In this document: positions 29,314 to 38,633 of the stretch, in pieces | How positions within the stretch are numbered: position 1 is the stretch's first letter | Layout: every line of letters begins with the position of its first letter | Sequence record: SRR31156797_4760 | Strand: one strand, 5' to 3' | DNA: 39,975 nt | The notes under the pieces: model-generated | Told to the model about the DNA's origin: nothing | What the model saw: the letters and a program-made list of their open reading frames with translations, nothing else | The model's database searches: none | Position numbers and translations under genes: made by a program

Positions 29314-29928
29314 TCAGCCCCATAATGAGAGTGTCGGATGCTGGGCTACTGCTTTGATGATATCTGTCCGAGTGACAATGCCCACGATACGGTCAAAATT
29401 ATCTACAATGGGCAAGCTGTTGAAATGATAGTCGTTGAGCACCTGGGCGACACGGCGAACATCTGACACAGGGTCAGCTGTTATTACCTGGGAAGACATT
29501 ATATCCGGCAACTGTTTCTCAGCAGGTCTGACAATAACCTTACCATCGACAACCATCTCCTTTAACAAGTCCTCTTTGGCCAACATACCAACCAGCTGGC
29601 CTTTATCATTAAGCACCGGCACCTGGCTGATTTTATTTGTCCATAATAATTCCCAGCAGGTCTCAGGCAAAAAATTATCGCGAACCATGATAACCGGAGA
29701 TCGCATTACCTGGTTGGCGTGATAAATGGTACTTCCCTGCGAGAGGTGCAGGTTTTTCTTATAAGCGCGGATTGCGGATTGCGAGACAGAAGAGCCAAAT
29801 TGTTCCTGCCGCTGCTCTTCTGGTTTTCGTCGATGTGAAGAAACTGTGGATCTAACTCTATTAACTCGATATAGTTGCTCAAGTGAATCCCTAAAGCTTC
29901 GACCTGTTACGTCATAAATGGCAAACAT
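29314..29928 (-). CDS. CBS-pair domain protein
   Basis: Two CBS repeats (ISQVPVLNDKGQLVG, FNSLPIVDNFDRIVGIVTRTDI) after an N-terminal segment of about 65 aa. Confidence 0.88.
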   Translation of the reverse strand: MFAIYDVTGRSFRDSLEQLYRVNRVRSTVSSHRRKPEEQRQEQFGSSVSQSAIRAYKKNLHLSQGSTIYHANQVMRSPVIMVRDNFLPETCWELLWTNKISQVPVLNDKGQLVGMLAKEDLLKEMVVDGKVIVRPAEKQLPDIMSSQVITADPVSDVRRVAQVLNDYHFNSLPIVDNFDRIVGIVTRTDIIKAVAQHPTLSLWG

Positions 29929-30028
29929 GTTTTTCCCTCAGGTTGAAAGCAGATAAACAGAAAGTACCTGTCTTGTAACAACATAATCAGCAGGAACTAC
30001 TTATCAATATCATTATACCCCACAGCAT

Positions 30029-31018
30029 ATGAATACAACTATCTATAGAAATTTAGGAATGGAGCTTGTCCGGGTTACCGAAGCAGCAGCCCTTTCTGCA
30101 GCTGCTTTTATGGGAACCGGCGACAAAGAAGGTGGTGACAAGGCTGCGGTCGACGCCATGCGATCTGTCTTAAAAAGTGTGGACATGCACGGGGTGGTGA
30201 TCATTGGTGAAGGCGAAAAAGACGAAGCACCGATGTTATTTAATGGAGAACAGGTGGGCAACGGCGGAGAGCCTCGCCTTGACATCGCCGTTGATCCCGT
30301 GGAGGGTACCACACTCCTGGCTCATGGCAGGCCAAACTCTATCGCGGTCATAGCGGCCTCTCCGGAAGGCAGCATGTGGGATCCAGGCCCCTCCCTGTAT
30401 ATGGACAAAATCGTAGTTGCAGAAGCAGCCAAAGAAGCGATAGACATTACTGTGCCAACCTCTCAAAACCTACACAACATCGCCAAGGCCCTTGAGCGCC
30501 ATGTGACAGACCTCACCGTTTTTGTGCTCGACAAACCACGCCACACGCTACTTATAGATGATATCCGAAAGACCGGAGCCCGTATTACCCTGCATACAGA
30601 CGGGGATGTAATGGGAGCCCTCATGGCTGCTGTACCAGGCACAGGGGTTGATGTCCTCATGGGAATTGGCGGCACTCCGGAGGGGGTTATATCTGCCGCA
30701 GCAGTCAAAGCCCTGGGCGGCGGCATGCAGGCAATGCCTGCCCCCCAACTGGAGGCAGAAAAACTGGCCCTTGCTGCCGACAGCACATATCTGCCAGGCC
30801 AAGTCCTTCAGTTGAACGACCTCATCCATTCCGACGACGCCTTCTTTGCTGCTACCGGCATCACTTCAGGTTCCTTTCTAGAGGGAGTCCATTTTGACAG
30901 GGTAGGAGGCGTCACCACCCACAGCATAGTCATCCGAGCCATAACCGGTTCAATCCGGCATATCAAAGGCATCCATCAGCTCAACCCAGAGCACGTTTTT
31001 GGAGTGCCAACGGAGTAA
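30029..31018 (+). CDS. glpX: Class II fructose-1,6-bisphosphatase
   Basis: ELVRVTEAAA, IGEGEKDEAPML, AVDPVEGT, GIGGTPEGV and FAATGIT motifs. Confidence 0.96.
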   Translation: MNTTIYRNLGMELVRVTEAAALSAAAFMGTGDKEGGDKAAVDAMRSVLKSVDMHGVVIIGEGEKDEAPMLFNGEQVGNGGEPRLDIAVDPVEGTTLLAHGRPNSIAVIAASPEGSMWDPGPSLYMDKIVVAEAAKEAIDITVPTSQNLHNIAKALERHVTDLTVFVLDKPRHTLLIDDIRKTGARITLHTDGDVMGALMAAVPGTGVDVLMGIGGTPEGVISAAAVKALGGGMQAMPAPQLEAEKLALAADSTYLPGQVLQLNDLIHSDDAFFAATGITSGSFLEGVHFDRVGGVTTHSIVIRAITGSIRHIKGIHQLNPEHVFGVPTE

Positions 31019-31056
31019 CCCGACAATATTATTTTTACAGCTGTGTGACAAAACAC

Positions 31057-31090
31057 ATTCGCCTGAGTGGGAAATCCCTCTCAGGCGAAT
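31057..31090. terminator. Hairpin/terminator between the convergent glpX and PfpI genes
   Basis: Stem ATTCGCCTGAG-T-GGG / CCC-T-CTCAGGCGAAT. Confidence 0.7.
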
Positions 31091-31113
31091 ACACGGTTCT
31101 CGAAAATTGTTGC

Positions 31114-31635
31114 TCAGACAGTCAGCTCCTTAACCACTGCCCGCATAAAATCGGGTAAATCATCAGGGGTACGGCTGGTGATTATCTTTCCGTCAACCAC
31201 CACAGCCTCATCCACCCAGTCGGCTCCTGCATGGATCAAATCATCCTTAATGGCGAAAAAAGAAGTTACCCGTCTTCCATTGAGTACCTTTGCTGAAGCC
31301 AGCATCCAACCGGCATGACAGATCGCAGCCACCACCTTGCCCTGCTCTACTCCTTCGGCAACCAGTTGCACCATTGCAGGATAGCGACGCATCATATCCG
31401 GGGCAAAACCACCGGGGATGATAATACCGTCAAAATCTGCAGCCTTAACATCATCGGCTGAGACATCCTGCGCGACATCGGTTCCGGGCTTGCCATTATA
31501 TTTTTCAGCTCGCCCTGAACCAACAACTACAACCTCTGCCCCTGCTTCCAAGAGACGATAATAGGGATACCAGAATTCATAGACGTTAAACAGTTCTTCC
31601 ACCAGAATTGCAACTTTCTTACCTGCACATTCCAT
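31114..31635 (-). CDS. PfpI/DJ-1 family protein (type 1 glutamine amidotransferase-like)
   Basis: IPGGFAPD, nucleophile elbow AAICHAGW and ITSRTPDDL. GGAGGAG RBS before ATG 31635. Confidence 0.93.
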   Translation of the reverse strand: MECAGKKVAILVEELFNVYEFWYPYYRLLEAGAEVVVVGSGRAEKYNGKPGTDVAQDVSADDVKAADFDGIIIPGGFAPDMMRRYPAMVQLVAEGVEQGKVVAAICHAGWMLASAKVLNGRRVTSFFAIKDDLIHAGADWVDEAVVVDGKIITSRTPDDLPDFMRAVVKELTV

Positions 31636-31691
31636 ACACTCCTCCTTGGGCTGATTATCTAGAAAACGTCTCACACTATTCTCTACAGCAA

Positions 31692-32441
31692 CTAAAAATT
31701 CTTCGCGGCCTCCCTAAGTCCCACCTGCACAGGATCACTGAACCAGCAATCAAGGAAAGCTGCATTCTGAGCTTCTGCCTCCTGAAGATAGCGCTGCCTG
31801 ATAGGCTCCGTGTTATTTGCCTTGATGGCAGCAAATGCCTCTGGCTGCACTTTAACCATGGCAGCAACCTTTTCCAATGCTGCCTGCTGCAGTGCCTCGA
31901 CCGGGTGCAGTTCATCAACCAAGCCGATTGTTTCGGCCTCAAGCAGAGACATAAACGCACCACTATACATCATACGAATCGCCCTTCGCTCTCCCACAAC
32001 CTGCTTGAGCAGCATGTCGGGCAAAAAGGGGACAGGGATGCCCAGAGTAATTTCGTTCAACCCGATCTTCCGCCCCTCACTGGCTGCAAACCGGTAGTCA
32101 CCTGTAAGCGCCAAAATGTTTCCCCCAGCCACAGCATGCCCGGAGACAGCACAAACTGCAGGCAGTGGAAGGCTGTACATATCAAGAACGAGCTGGTTAA
32201 ATTCCTCCCAAAACGTGGCCATGGCCTCTCGGTCCAGCTCAATTAAAGCAGGCAGGTCGAGACCGATAGAAAAAAACTTGTCACCACCACATAGAACCAT
32301 TCCCCTTGAGTCACTTTTTATAGTCTCAAGAGCCCCGGAAAGTTCTTGGACCATTTGCGGGGATATTGCGTTGGTAACGCCATTGCTTAAGGTCAACACA
32401 CTAATATTGTCTTGCTTTACAACAGTTATCGTCTTTGCCAT
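31692..32441 (-). CDS. Enoyl-CoA hydratase/isomerase (3,2-enoyl-CoA isomerase-like)
   Basis: FFSIGLDL, GHAVAGG, IGLNEITLG and GLVDE motifs. GAGGTG RBS before ATG 32441. Confidence 0.9.
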   Translation of the reverse strand: MAKTITVVKQDNISVLTLSNGVTNAISPQMVQELSGALETIKSDSRGMVLCGGDKFFSIGLDLPALIELDREAMATFWEEFNQLVLDMYSLPLPAVCAVSGHAVAGGNILALTGDYRFAASEGRKIGLNEITLGIPVPFLPDMLLKQVVGERRAIRMMYSGAFMSLLEAETIGLVDELHPVEALQQAALEKVAAMVKVQPEAFAAIKANNTEPIRQRYLQEAEAQNAAFLDCWFSDPVQVGLREAAKNF

Positions 32442-32465
32442 GGCCACCTCTCGACTTGGTATTTA

Positions 32466-33128
32466 TTATATAATGTGGTGCAGCTGCAGTACGGAATATC
32501 CTTTCCCGATGCCGCTATAAAAAAAATAACCGGAAAAAATGATCAGAAAAGCTGCGCAAACATAAATAAGCCTTCTGTAAAAGATATCACTGAAATATCT
32601 TTTCCCTTTTGCGACTCCGAAGGAAATAAGGCTGTACCAAGCAAGATCGGCCAAGATATGGCCTGAAAAAAAAGCACCAACCCCCAGGAAACCGAACTGG
32701 CTAGCATACATAATATAGCCGATGCCAATGGTAGCCCACCAGATAAACCAATAGGGGTTTGCAAGGCTGAGCAGGATTCCAGCGAGAACAAGACTCCTCG
32801 TTTTTTCTTCATTGTCAGTACTCTGCAGCTGCAGGGTGGGCAACTCTTTTATCATCGAGAAGGCCATCCACAGTAAAATTATACCGCCGAACAAGGATAC
32901 AACGATAAAGACATCATCCCTGGTAAAAAAAGGGGCAAGACCAGCAAGCAGAGCCGCAACGAGTGCAAGCTCAAGCAGCCCATGACCAAAAATCATCAAA
33001 GGACCTACGACCATCCCTCTGCGTGTGCTTTCACTTACGGTAACAGTAAGCACCGGACCAGGCATGAGTGCACCAGAAAGAGCCAGGATAAAGGAAGTGG
33101 AAAAAATGGTAACCAGGGAAAAGAGCAT
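32466..33128 (-). CDS. LysE-family translocator
   Basis: SGALMPGP, GHGLLE, SLANPYWFIWW and GHILAD motifs; about six TM helices. Confidence 0.88.
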   Translation of the reverse strand: MLFSLVTIFSTSFILALSGALMPGPVLTVTVSESTRRGMVVGPLMIFGHGLLELALVAALLAGLAPFFTRDDVFIVVSLFGGIILLWMAFSMIKELPTLQLQSTDNEEKTRSLVLAGILLSLANPYWFIWWATIGIGYIMYASQFGFLGVGAFFSGHILADLAWYSLISFGVAKGKRYFSDIFYRRLIYVCAAFLIIFSGYFFYSGIGKGYSVLQLHHII

Positions 33129-33253
33129 GTTTTACTCTCACATTTGTTAGTAATTGGCTAAAGTTTACCAACTATTTAAAAAAGAACACCTATATTCTAA
33201 ATTAAACATCACTGGCAGGTACAAACAAGCAAACACTTTTGACGAGGTGTGTC

Positions 33254-34465
33254 ATGATTCCCTCCCTCCATTACTTAGACCGATATCGCAACGAAGGGAC
33301 CAGAACCTACAGCAAACATTCGGAGTACACTGAGGCGAGGAAGCAGTATCGCCCCAATGCTTCTCAGAAAGAGTTCGTCGTCAATGCTTTTGAAGTGCCT
33401 CGTCAGGAACTCCTGATCTATACTGCCAACCCTCCTCAGGAACTAAGCGTATCTTATCTTGGTGAAGAGAATGCGCTCTTCTGTATCCACCCTCAGGTAC
33501 TTGAAGACTTTGCCACCGACCCCTATGTTCAAGCTATTGTTGGAAAAAGCAAAAACAAACGAAAAATCAAAGTTATCCCCAGTTCTTCCACAAGAACACT
33601 TTACGTGGAGGCAAATTTCCCCCACGCTATAAAGCTCCACTTCCCGTTTCGAGTTTCCCGCTACAGTAGAAAAATGCGGGGTGAGGTGATAGAACAGGCA
33701 ATCAACGTTTCCAGGGATATAGAGCACGGAATAAATAACTTTGATCCCAATTTTGCCTACCTTCGGGAAGTTATCGGCATTGCCTTCACCAACCTGGACA
33801 CGGCATCACTCCGGTGCGAAAATTGGGGGTATGTGATTCGTGATATGCGCCCCTACCCCATTACCCAGGAAAAGAGAAGCCTGATTCCTGGTTTTTCTCT
33901 GTACGGCCAAGATTTTTTTACCGCCAGACAAGCACCCCTTCTTTTTGAACTCATAGGTAATGCAAATCCTGTGGAATTCATCCTCCACCGCATAATGCTG
34001 CCCATCGTGCATCATTGGGTACAGTGCTTCAGGGCCTTTGGCTACATACTTGAACCGCACGGACAAAATGTGCTTCTTGAACTGGATGAGAAGCAAAACA
34101 TAACTCGTATAATACATCGAGATTTAAGTGTAGGCATCGACATGCGCCGCCGCTGTGATCTACAGCTATCATCTGTTCACCTCAACCAGTATAACAGGAT
34201 GAACCATGGGGAGTTTAACAGTATTGCCTACGACATGTTCATGGGGAGCCACTTTTTTGATCGCATCATTGCCTGCTGCCTTGAAAAATTTCCCACTCTT
34301 ACAGCTGAAGATTTCCGCCAGCCCTGCCGCCTGGCATTTCAAAAAATTTTCCCGGAACATAGAAAATACTTTCCGGAAACCATCCACTACTTCAGCGAAA
34401 AAAGAGATCAATACAATAAGCCTCTGTATAAGGATACAAGAAGAAAACCTCAGTGGCGCCCCTGA
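33254..34465 (+). CDS. IucA/IucC (NIS synthetase)-like protein, short form
   Basis: IHP, PSSSTRTL, IKL...SR..R, LRE, LEPHGQNVLL and IIHRDL motifs. GAGGTG RBS before ATG 33254. Confidence 0.75.
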   Translation: MIPSLHYLDRYRNEGTRTYSKHSEYTEARKQYRPNASQKEFVVNAFEVPRQELLIYTANPPQELSVSYLGEENALFCIHPQVLEDFATDPYVQAIVGKSKNKRKIKVIPSSSTRTLYVEANFPHAIKLHFPFRVSRYSRKMRGEVIEQAINVSRDIEHGINNFDPNFAYLREVIGIAFTNLDTASLRCENWGYVIRDMRPYPITQEKRSLIPGFSLYGQDFFTARQAPLLFELIGNANPVEFILHRIMLPIVHHWVQCFRAFGYILEPHGQNVLLELDEKQNITRIIHRDLSVGIDMRRRCDLQLSSVHLNQYNRMNHGEFNSIAYDMFMGSHFFDRIIACCLEKFPTLTAEDFRQPCRLAFQKIFPEHRKYFPETIHYFSEKRDQYNKPLYKDTRRKPQWRP

Positions 34466-34483
34466 GTAGTAGAAAAAGATACC

Positions 34484-34520
34484 GGAAAGCCGGCCACTGA
34501 CTCTACTGGCTTTCCTGTTT
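34484..34520 (+). terminator. Terminator after the IucA/IucC-like gene
   Basis: Stem GGAAAGCCGG/CTGGCTTTCC followed by TGTTT. Confidence 0.6.
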
Positions 34521-34800
34521 ACTCATCAGTGTAGTGCCATGTTTGTGCCTCAATTTTCCCGAACCTTACCAACCGGTCTGGTTCATGGTTTTAAGGTGCC
34601 TTATAAGTCTTGGTAGTTTAGAACAACAAACTTTCTAGACAGACCACAGGAAAAATGATTATTGGTGTTCCACATTACCAACAAATGAGGTGCAGCAGGT
34701 AGGGATATAAACTATTAATGTCGCCATAAACTGTCGAAGCGAGAGGCTGGCCTTTCATTATGCTTTCTTCATGATATAGTGATTTTAAAAAAGGATAATT

Positions 34801-35175
34801 ATGACAATAGAGCAAGCGAACCTCATTGCTACAACAGTCGGCCTGTTGGCAGTATTTGGCATCATTATTGCCTTTTCCTCTCTAGGCGATTCAAAAAAAG
34901 ACGAAGCAATTCCCCTCCCAACAGGCACTCTGCCAACAGGAGCGGCAACGCTGAGAGCAGGCGCCCCTGTTTGTGAAAATGCGAGCTGGGTATGGAGATA
35001 TGAGTCAGGCATGGTTGAGAATAACGTTGGAAAAATAGATAAAGCGCTTGAGCATTGCACCTTTTTTACAACAACCACTCCTATAAATATCGAATCCTGG
35101 AGCGATAAGCAGCGAATTGCAAAAATAACCTATAACGGGTCTGTTGGCTTCACCCACTCGGGGGCTGTTGAATGA
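34801..35175 (+). CDS. Hypothetical membrane-anchored protein
   Basis: AAGGA RBS, N-terminal hydrophobic helix, two Cys; no family recognised. Confidence 0.65.
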   Translation: MTIEQANLIATTVGLLAVFGIIIAFSSLGDSKKDEAIPLPTGTLPTGAATLRAGAPVCENASWVWRYESGMVENNVGKIDKALEHCTFFTTTTPINIESWSDKQRIAKITYNGSVGFTHSGAVE

Positions 35176-35690
35176 ATCACAACCTATCTACTGGACGCCA
35201 AAAATAAGAAAAGGCGAGTGTTACGTTTTAGACAACTAAGACGATAAGGCCAGACAACATTCTCCTAACGAAAACGAGCTGAAGGTAACCCCCGCGCCTA
35301 GTGATAGAATGACGATTGAATTATATGTGAATCAGGACGACATCGGCAAGGAACGGCTACCACACCATAGTTATTTCCCTGACAACGAAGCCCAACTTCT
35401 GCACATTAATGCATAGCGGACCTGGAAGATTCCGCTTTGCTTGGCATAGGAGCGTCAACTCATCCAGAGTGTTCTTTCTAAAAACAAAATGCACGCTGTA
35501 CATTCACTATTCAACTACAAAAAGTTGATTTTAATCACCAGGAAAGCATACAACTTTAGAATGAGTACAAGGCTCCTGCTTTAACAAGCAGTGGAGAGAA
35601 AAATGGAAAGAGGATCCACTGATTGCTCGCTTAATTGTGGCAAGATCAGTATACAATATGTAACATGGTTAAAAACTTGGAGAACTACAA

Positions 35691-36155
35691 ATGACGAAAA
35701 AATACGTAAACAAGAAAAGACACATCATAGTTTTTTTAGCTGCTACCTTTTTACTATCTAATATTCCGATGGTATTAGCTAAAACAAAGCCCCTTGAAGG
35801 AGTGTATCTTCCAGCTCTATTAGCAGCAAGTGCCGAAAAAAAGGTAGAAATAAATGCCGTGAAAGAAGTGGCAAAACTGAAAAGTACGGGTAACTTCTCA
35901 CTCGACTACAAACAGGCCATAAACGGATTGACTCCCAGTAGGTTCAGTTTAGAAGAGGTAGCTCGCAGATATAATGAAATGGGCTATAACGCATCGGTCT
36001 GCATCCAGACTAGCTACTTCCATCTGAATGGTGGTCCATTTGATAAAATCATTATAAACAACAAGATATACGATATCCTTATAATTGAGAGCCCACCTAA
36101 GAGATGGAATCACGGGCCATTTTCTGTGGACAACCACGGTCAATGTAAAAACTAG
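35691..36155 (+). CDS. Hypothetical exported protein
   Basis: GGAG RBS, signal peptide with basic N-terminus, hydrophobic core and VLA cleavage site, two Cys; no family recognised. Confidence 0.65.
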   Translation: MTKKYVNKKRHIIVFLAATFLLSNIPMVLAKTKPLEGVYLPALLAASAEKKVEINAVKEVAKLKSTGNFSLDYKQAINGLTPSRFSLEEVARRYNEMGYNASVCIQTSYFHLNGGPFDKIIINNKIYDILIIESPPKRWNHGPFSVDNHGQCKN

Positions 36156-36488
36156 CCTTAAGGGGACATTAAAAACAGTGTGGTGGAGAAGAAGTGATTT
36201 ACTACTTCCAAAGTTAAGAATTACCCTGAGCAGGGATTTCTCTTTCCAACTATAGCACTCTATACATAAGGAGCTAAGCCAAACAGCCCTAACTCTTCTA
36301 TATAACAGGCACGCCCTACTGAATTCCGCCCCGGCTCTCGGCTTCGGAGGCCGACTAAGGTTCACTAATGGCCCCACATTCAATTGGTAGTAATGGTGAG
36401 ACATCTCCCTACTAATGGACTGCAAGAATCTCTCTTGTTAGCTGCAAGTTTCAACTTTTAGGTCTGAAAATATGGCCTTTTTATTCAA

Positions 36489-36527
36489 CAGCTCCCAGTG
36501 CAGCAAAAAAGACTGTACTGGGAGCTG
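36489..36527. other. Isolated 15-bp stem-loop
   Basis: CAGCTCCCAGTGCAG/CTGTACTGGGAGCTG with one G-T pair; no T tail on either strand. Confidence 0.6.
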
Positions 36528-37083
36528 AGGGATTAGGGCAGGTAAATAATTAGAGCCGTATAGAGTGAAGAGAGAGCTGTTTGTCAGAATCCCCATTAAA
36601 GGCCGCCGGAGACATCATGAGCCTTTGTATCACTTCCTAATCCCCCGCCTATCACCGAGTTCAAGCTCACTCCCAAAGCTGATCATCAAACGAGATGGCA
36701 GGGCTCAGCGACTGCTATCAACGCCTGACAGCCGTCTTCTTGCACCTGGTAATTGAACGGCTGCATCGCCTCCAAAAAACGACATTAAAACGTTGTTCTC
36801 TGAACTACCCTCTATGCTCAATGATAGGGTGCAGTTTCTAGTCTCTGTAAAATCAATGCCTCAGGTGGATGAATGCCAGCGAGGCAACAGGGCCTATTAA
36901 CAATTTTCACAACCATCATCTACCCTGGCCAGCAGCTCTGTTTGCTAAAATCGGCTTTCTCACTTTTACAATTCACTCTGCACCAATTTCTACAAACAAA
37001 GGGAATTCTAAGCTGAAGATTAGTGGTCATCACGTAATGCAATGTATCTTACAGACAAGGGTACCTATGTATTCATCAATAAT

Positions 37084-37121
37084 AAAAAAAATGAGCGCCT
37101 TTATTATTAAAAGGCACTCAT
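37084..37121 (-). terminator. Terminator of the SYLF lipoprotein gene
   Basis: Minus strand ATGAGTGCCTTT-loop-AAAGGCGCTCAT followed by a T run. Confidence 0.8.
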
Positions 37122-37144
37122 GTACATGTGAATATGTAGTTTAT

Positions 37145-37720
37145 CTATTTCTCAAGCTTTTTGAAGGTTGAACCATCGAGTGACAGGTCTGCCATAAGAC
37201 CAGCTTCACTAAACACAAACGCCGTGATTGGGTCCTTCATCGTTTTGGTATCATATTTTCCAGAAGCCCCTGCTTTGGCAACTGATACGGACAAATTCCC
37301 GCCAACCTGCCAATTGCGGTTACCTTCACGAAACTTCGCCAGGGCATCTGAGGTATTAAAAGTCAGCAATAAAGATTGAGATTGGACGCCAGCTAACAGG
37401 CCTGCTTTAAGTGATGAGGTTCTATAATACTCAGAAGTCATTCCATCTATCCGCATGGCACATGTCCCACCTTCTACACCTACAATAAACCCGGCCTTTG
37501 CAACTTTAGGGCATACCAAGACCCCTTTGGCATTTTCAACTACAGGCCATGCACTAGGTGCTTCTCTCTTAAATTCAGCAAGTGCCACATCAACATCAGT
37601 TTCTACTTGATTTTGTTTTGCTGTGTCTTTTGCTGGAGAGGCACAGCCGCTAAGGGTTAAGAAAAAAGCAGCACATGCCATAAGTCCCAGTGAAACAAAT
37701 GCATTCTTCCGACTCATCAT
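37145..37720 (-). CDS. SYLF/Ysc84 (DUF500) lipid-binding domain lipoprotein
   Basis: Lipobox LSGC; AKGVLVCPKVAKAGFIVG and GLMADLSLDG motifs; GGAGG RBS. Confidence 0.85.
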   Translation of the reverse strand: MMSRKNAFVSLGLMACAAFFLTLSGCASPAKDTAKQNQVETDVDVALAEFKREAPSAWPVVENAKGVLVCPKVAKAGFIVGVEGGTCAMRIDGMTSEYYRTSSLKAGLLAGVQSQSLLLTFNTSDALAKFREGNRNWQVGGNLSVSVAKAGASGKYDTKTMKDPITAFVFSEAGLMADLSLDGSTFKKLEK

Positions 37721-38052
37721 CTTGCCTCCTATCCTATTTATTAAAGTGACTTACTACTCATTTTAACAGTGTAACCATTCCCTTGGAGTCATGCTACACA
37801 AGCACGGTTAAATCGTTCGATTTGTTAATTATAATACTAAGTAGTTTGTTGCTGTAGAGAAATGATGCGGTCAAAGAAATCACGTTAGGCTTATACCGCA
37901 GGGATACTTATCTATTTAATTTAATCCCTATGAAATAACATAATGGCTTTAAGGGTCTCGTTAATTTCATTAATGACGGCAGGTTAACGAATCTGGATCT
38001 TGAAAAAAAATTGTTTATTCTCACATAAGTCAACGTTCTTCAAAACTGGGAC

Positions 38053-38108
38053 TTGACTCAAGAGAGCGGGAGATATAAATTCAACTCAAATGATTAGACA
38101 TCGAAACA
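38053..38108 (+). promoter_or_regulatory. Promoter and operator of the second MarR gene
   Basis: TTGACT (38053-38058), 17-nt spacer, TAAATT (38076-38081); imperfect palindrome ATTAGACATCGAAA at 38093-38106. Confidence 0.6.
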
Positions 38109-38123
38109 AACGCAAAGGTTAAT

Positions 38124-38558
38124 ATGAAATACGATACACTTCCTAAAGGCCAACAAGACGCACTCAGTGTTTACGTAAAGCTCATGCGTGCTGCCAATAA
38201 GGCAACAAGCACAATCCATGGACATCTAAGAGATGATAACCTGACTGTTAGTCAATTTGCGGTACTTGAGGCGTTATATCATCTCGGACCACTCTCTCAG
38301 AGTGAGTTGGGGGAGAAAATCCTGAAGAGCAATGCAAATTTGACGACCGTTGTTGATAGCCTGGAGAAAAAGACATTAGTTATACGCAAAAGGGGGGAGG
38401 AAGATAGACGCAGGGTGACAGTCCTTCTTACGGAATCAGGAAAAGACTTAATTGCCAGGGTGTTTCCCAGGCATGCAGAAATTGTAGCAAAGGCGTTTAC
38501 ATTTCTAAGTGATGAAGAAAAAAAGAATTTCTCTGATATATTGCGTAGATTCAAGTAA
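38124..38558 (+). CDS. MarR-family regulator, MhqR-like
   Basis: SQFAVLEALYHLG, LGEKILKS, LTTVVDSLEKK and EDRR motifs, resembling Bacillus MhqR/YkvE as I recall it. Confidence 0.88.
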   Translation: MKYDTLPKGQQDALSVYVKLMRAANKATSTIHGHLRDDNLTVSQFAVLEALYHLGPLSQSELGEKILKSNANLTTVVDSLEKKTLVIRKRGEEDRRRVTVLLTESGKDLIARVFPRHAEIVAKAFTFLSDEEKKNFSDILRRFK

Positions 38559-38581
38559 GTAGAATTTTTCTTAGCCATATA

Positions 38582-38595
38582 TTTCGACATCGAAA
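38582..38595. promoter_or_regulatory. Palindromic operator upstream of pirin
   Basis: Perfect palindrome TTTCGA-CA-TCGAAA; shares the 12-mer GACATCGAAACA with the site upstream of marR. Confidence 0.7.
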
Positions 38596-38633
38596 CATAA
38601 GAAGCAACATTACTCAATCTACAGGAGAGAATA

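Noticed and set aside
33129..33253. Fur box controlling the IucA/IucC-like gene
   Set aside because: I saw no GATAATGATAATCATTATC-like palindrome.
35949..36425. 158-aa minus-strand ORF (also 36565-36756 and 36869-37171)
   Set aside because: No good RBS and atypical composition; two of the three overlap better-supported genes.
36286..37890. Integron attC-like half sites (CCCTAAC at 36287, GTTAGGC at 37884) near orphan genes
   Set aside because: Neither has a complementary partner box within attC distance, they do not directly follow stop codons, and there is no intI.
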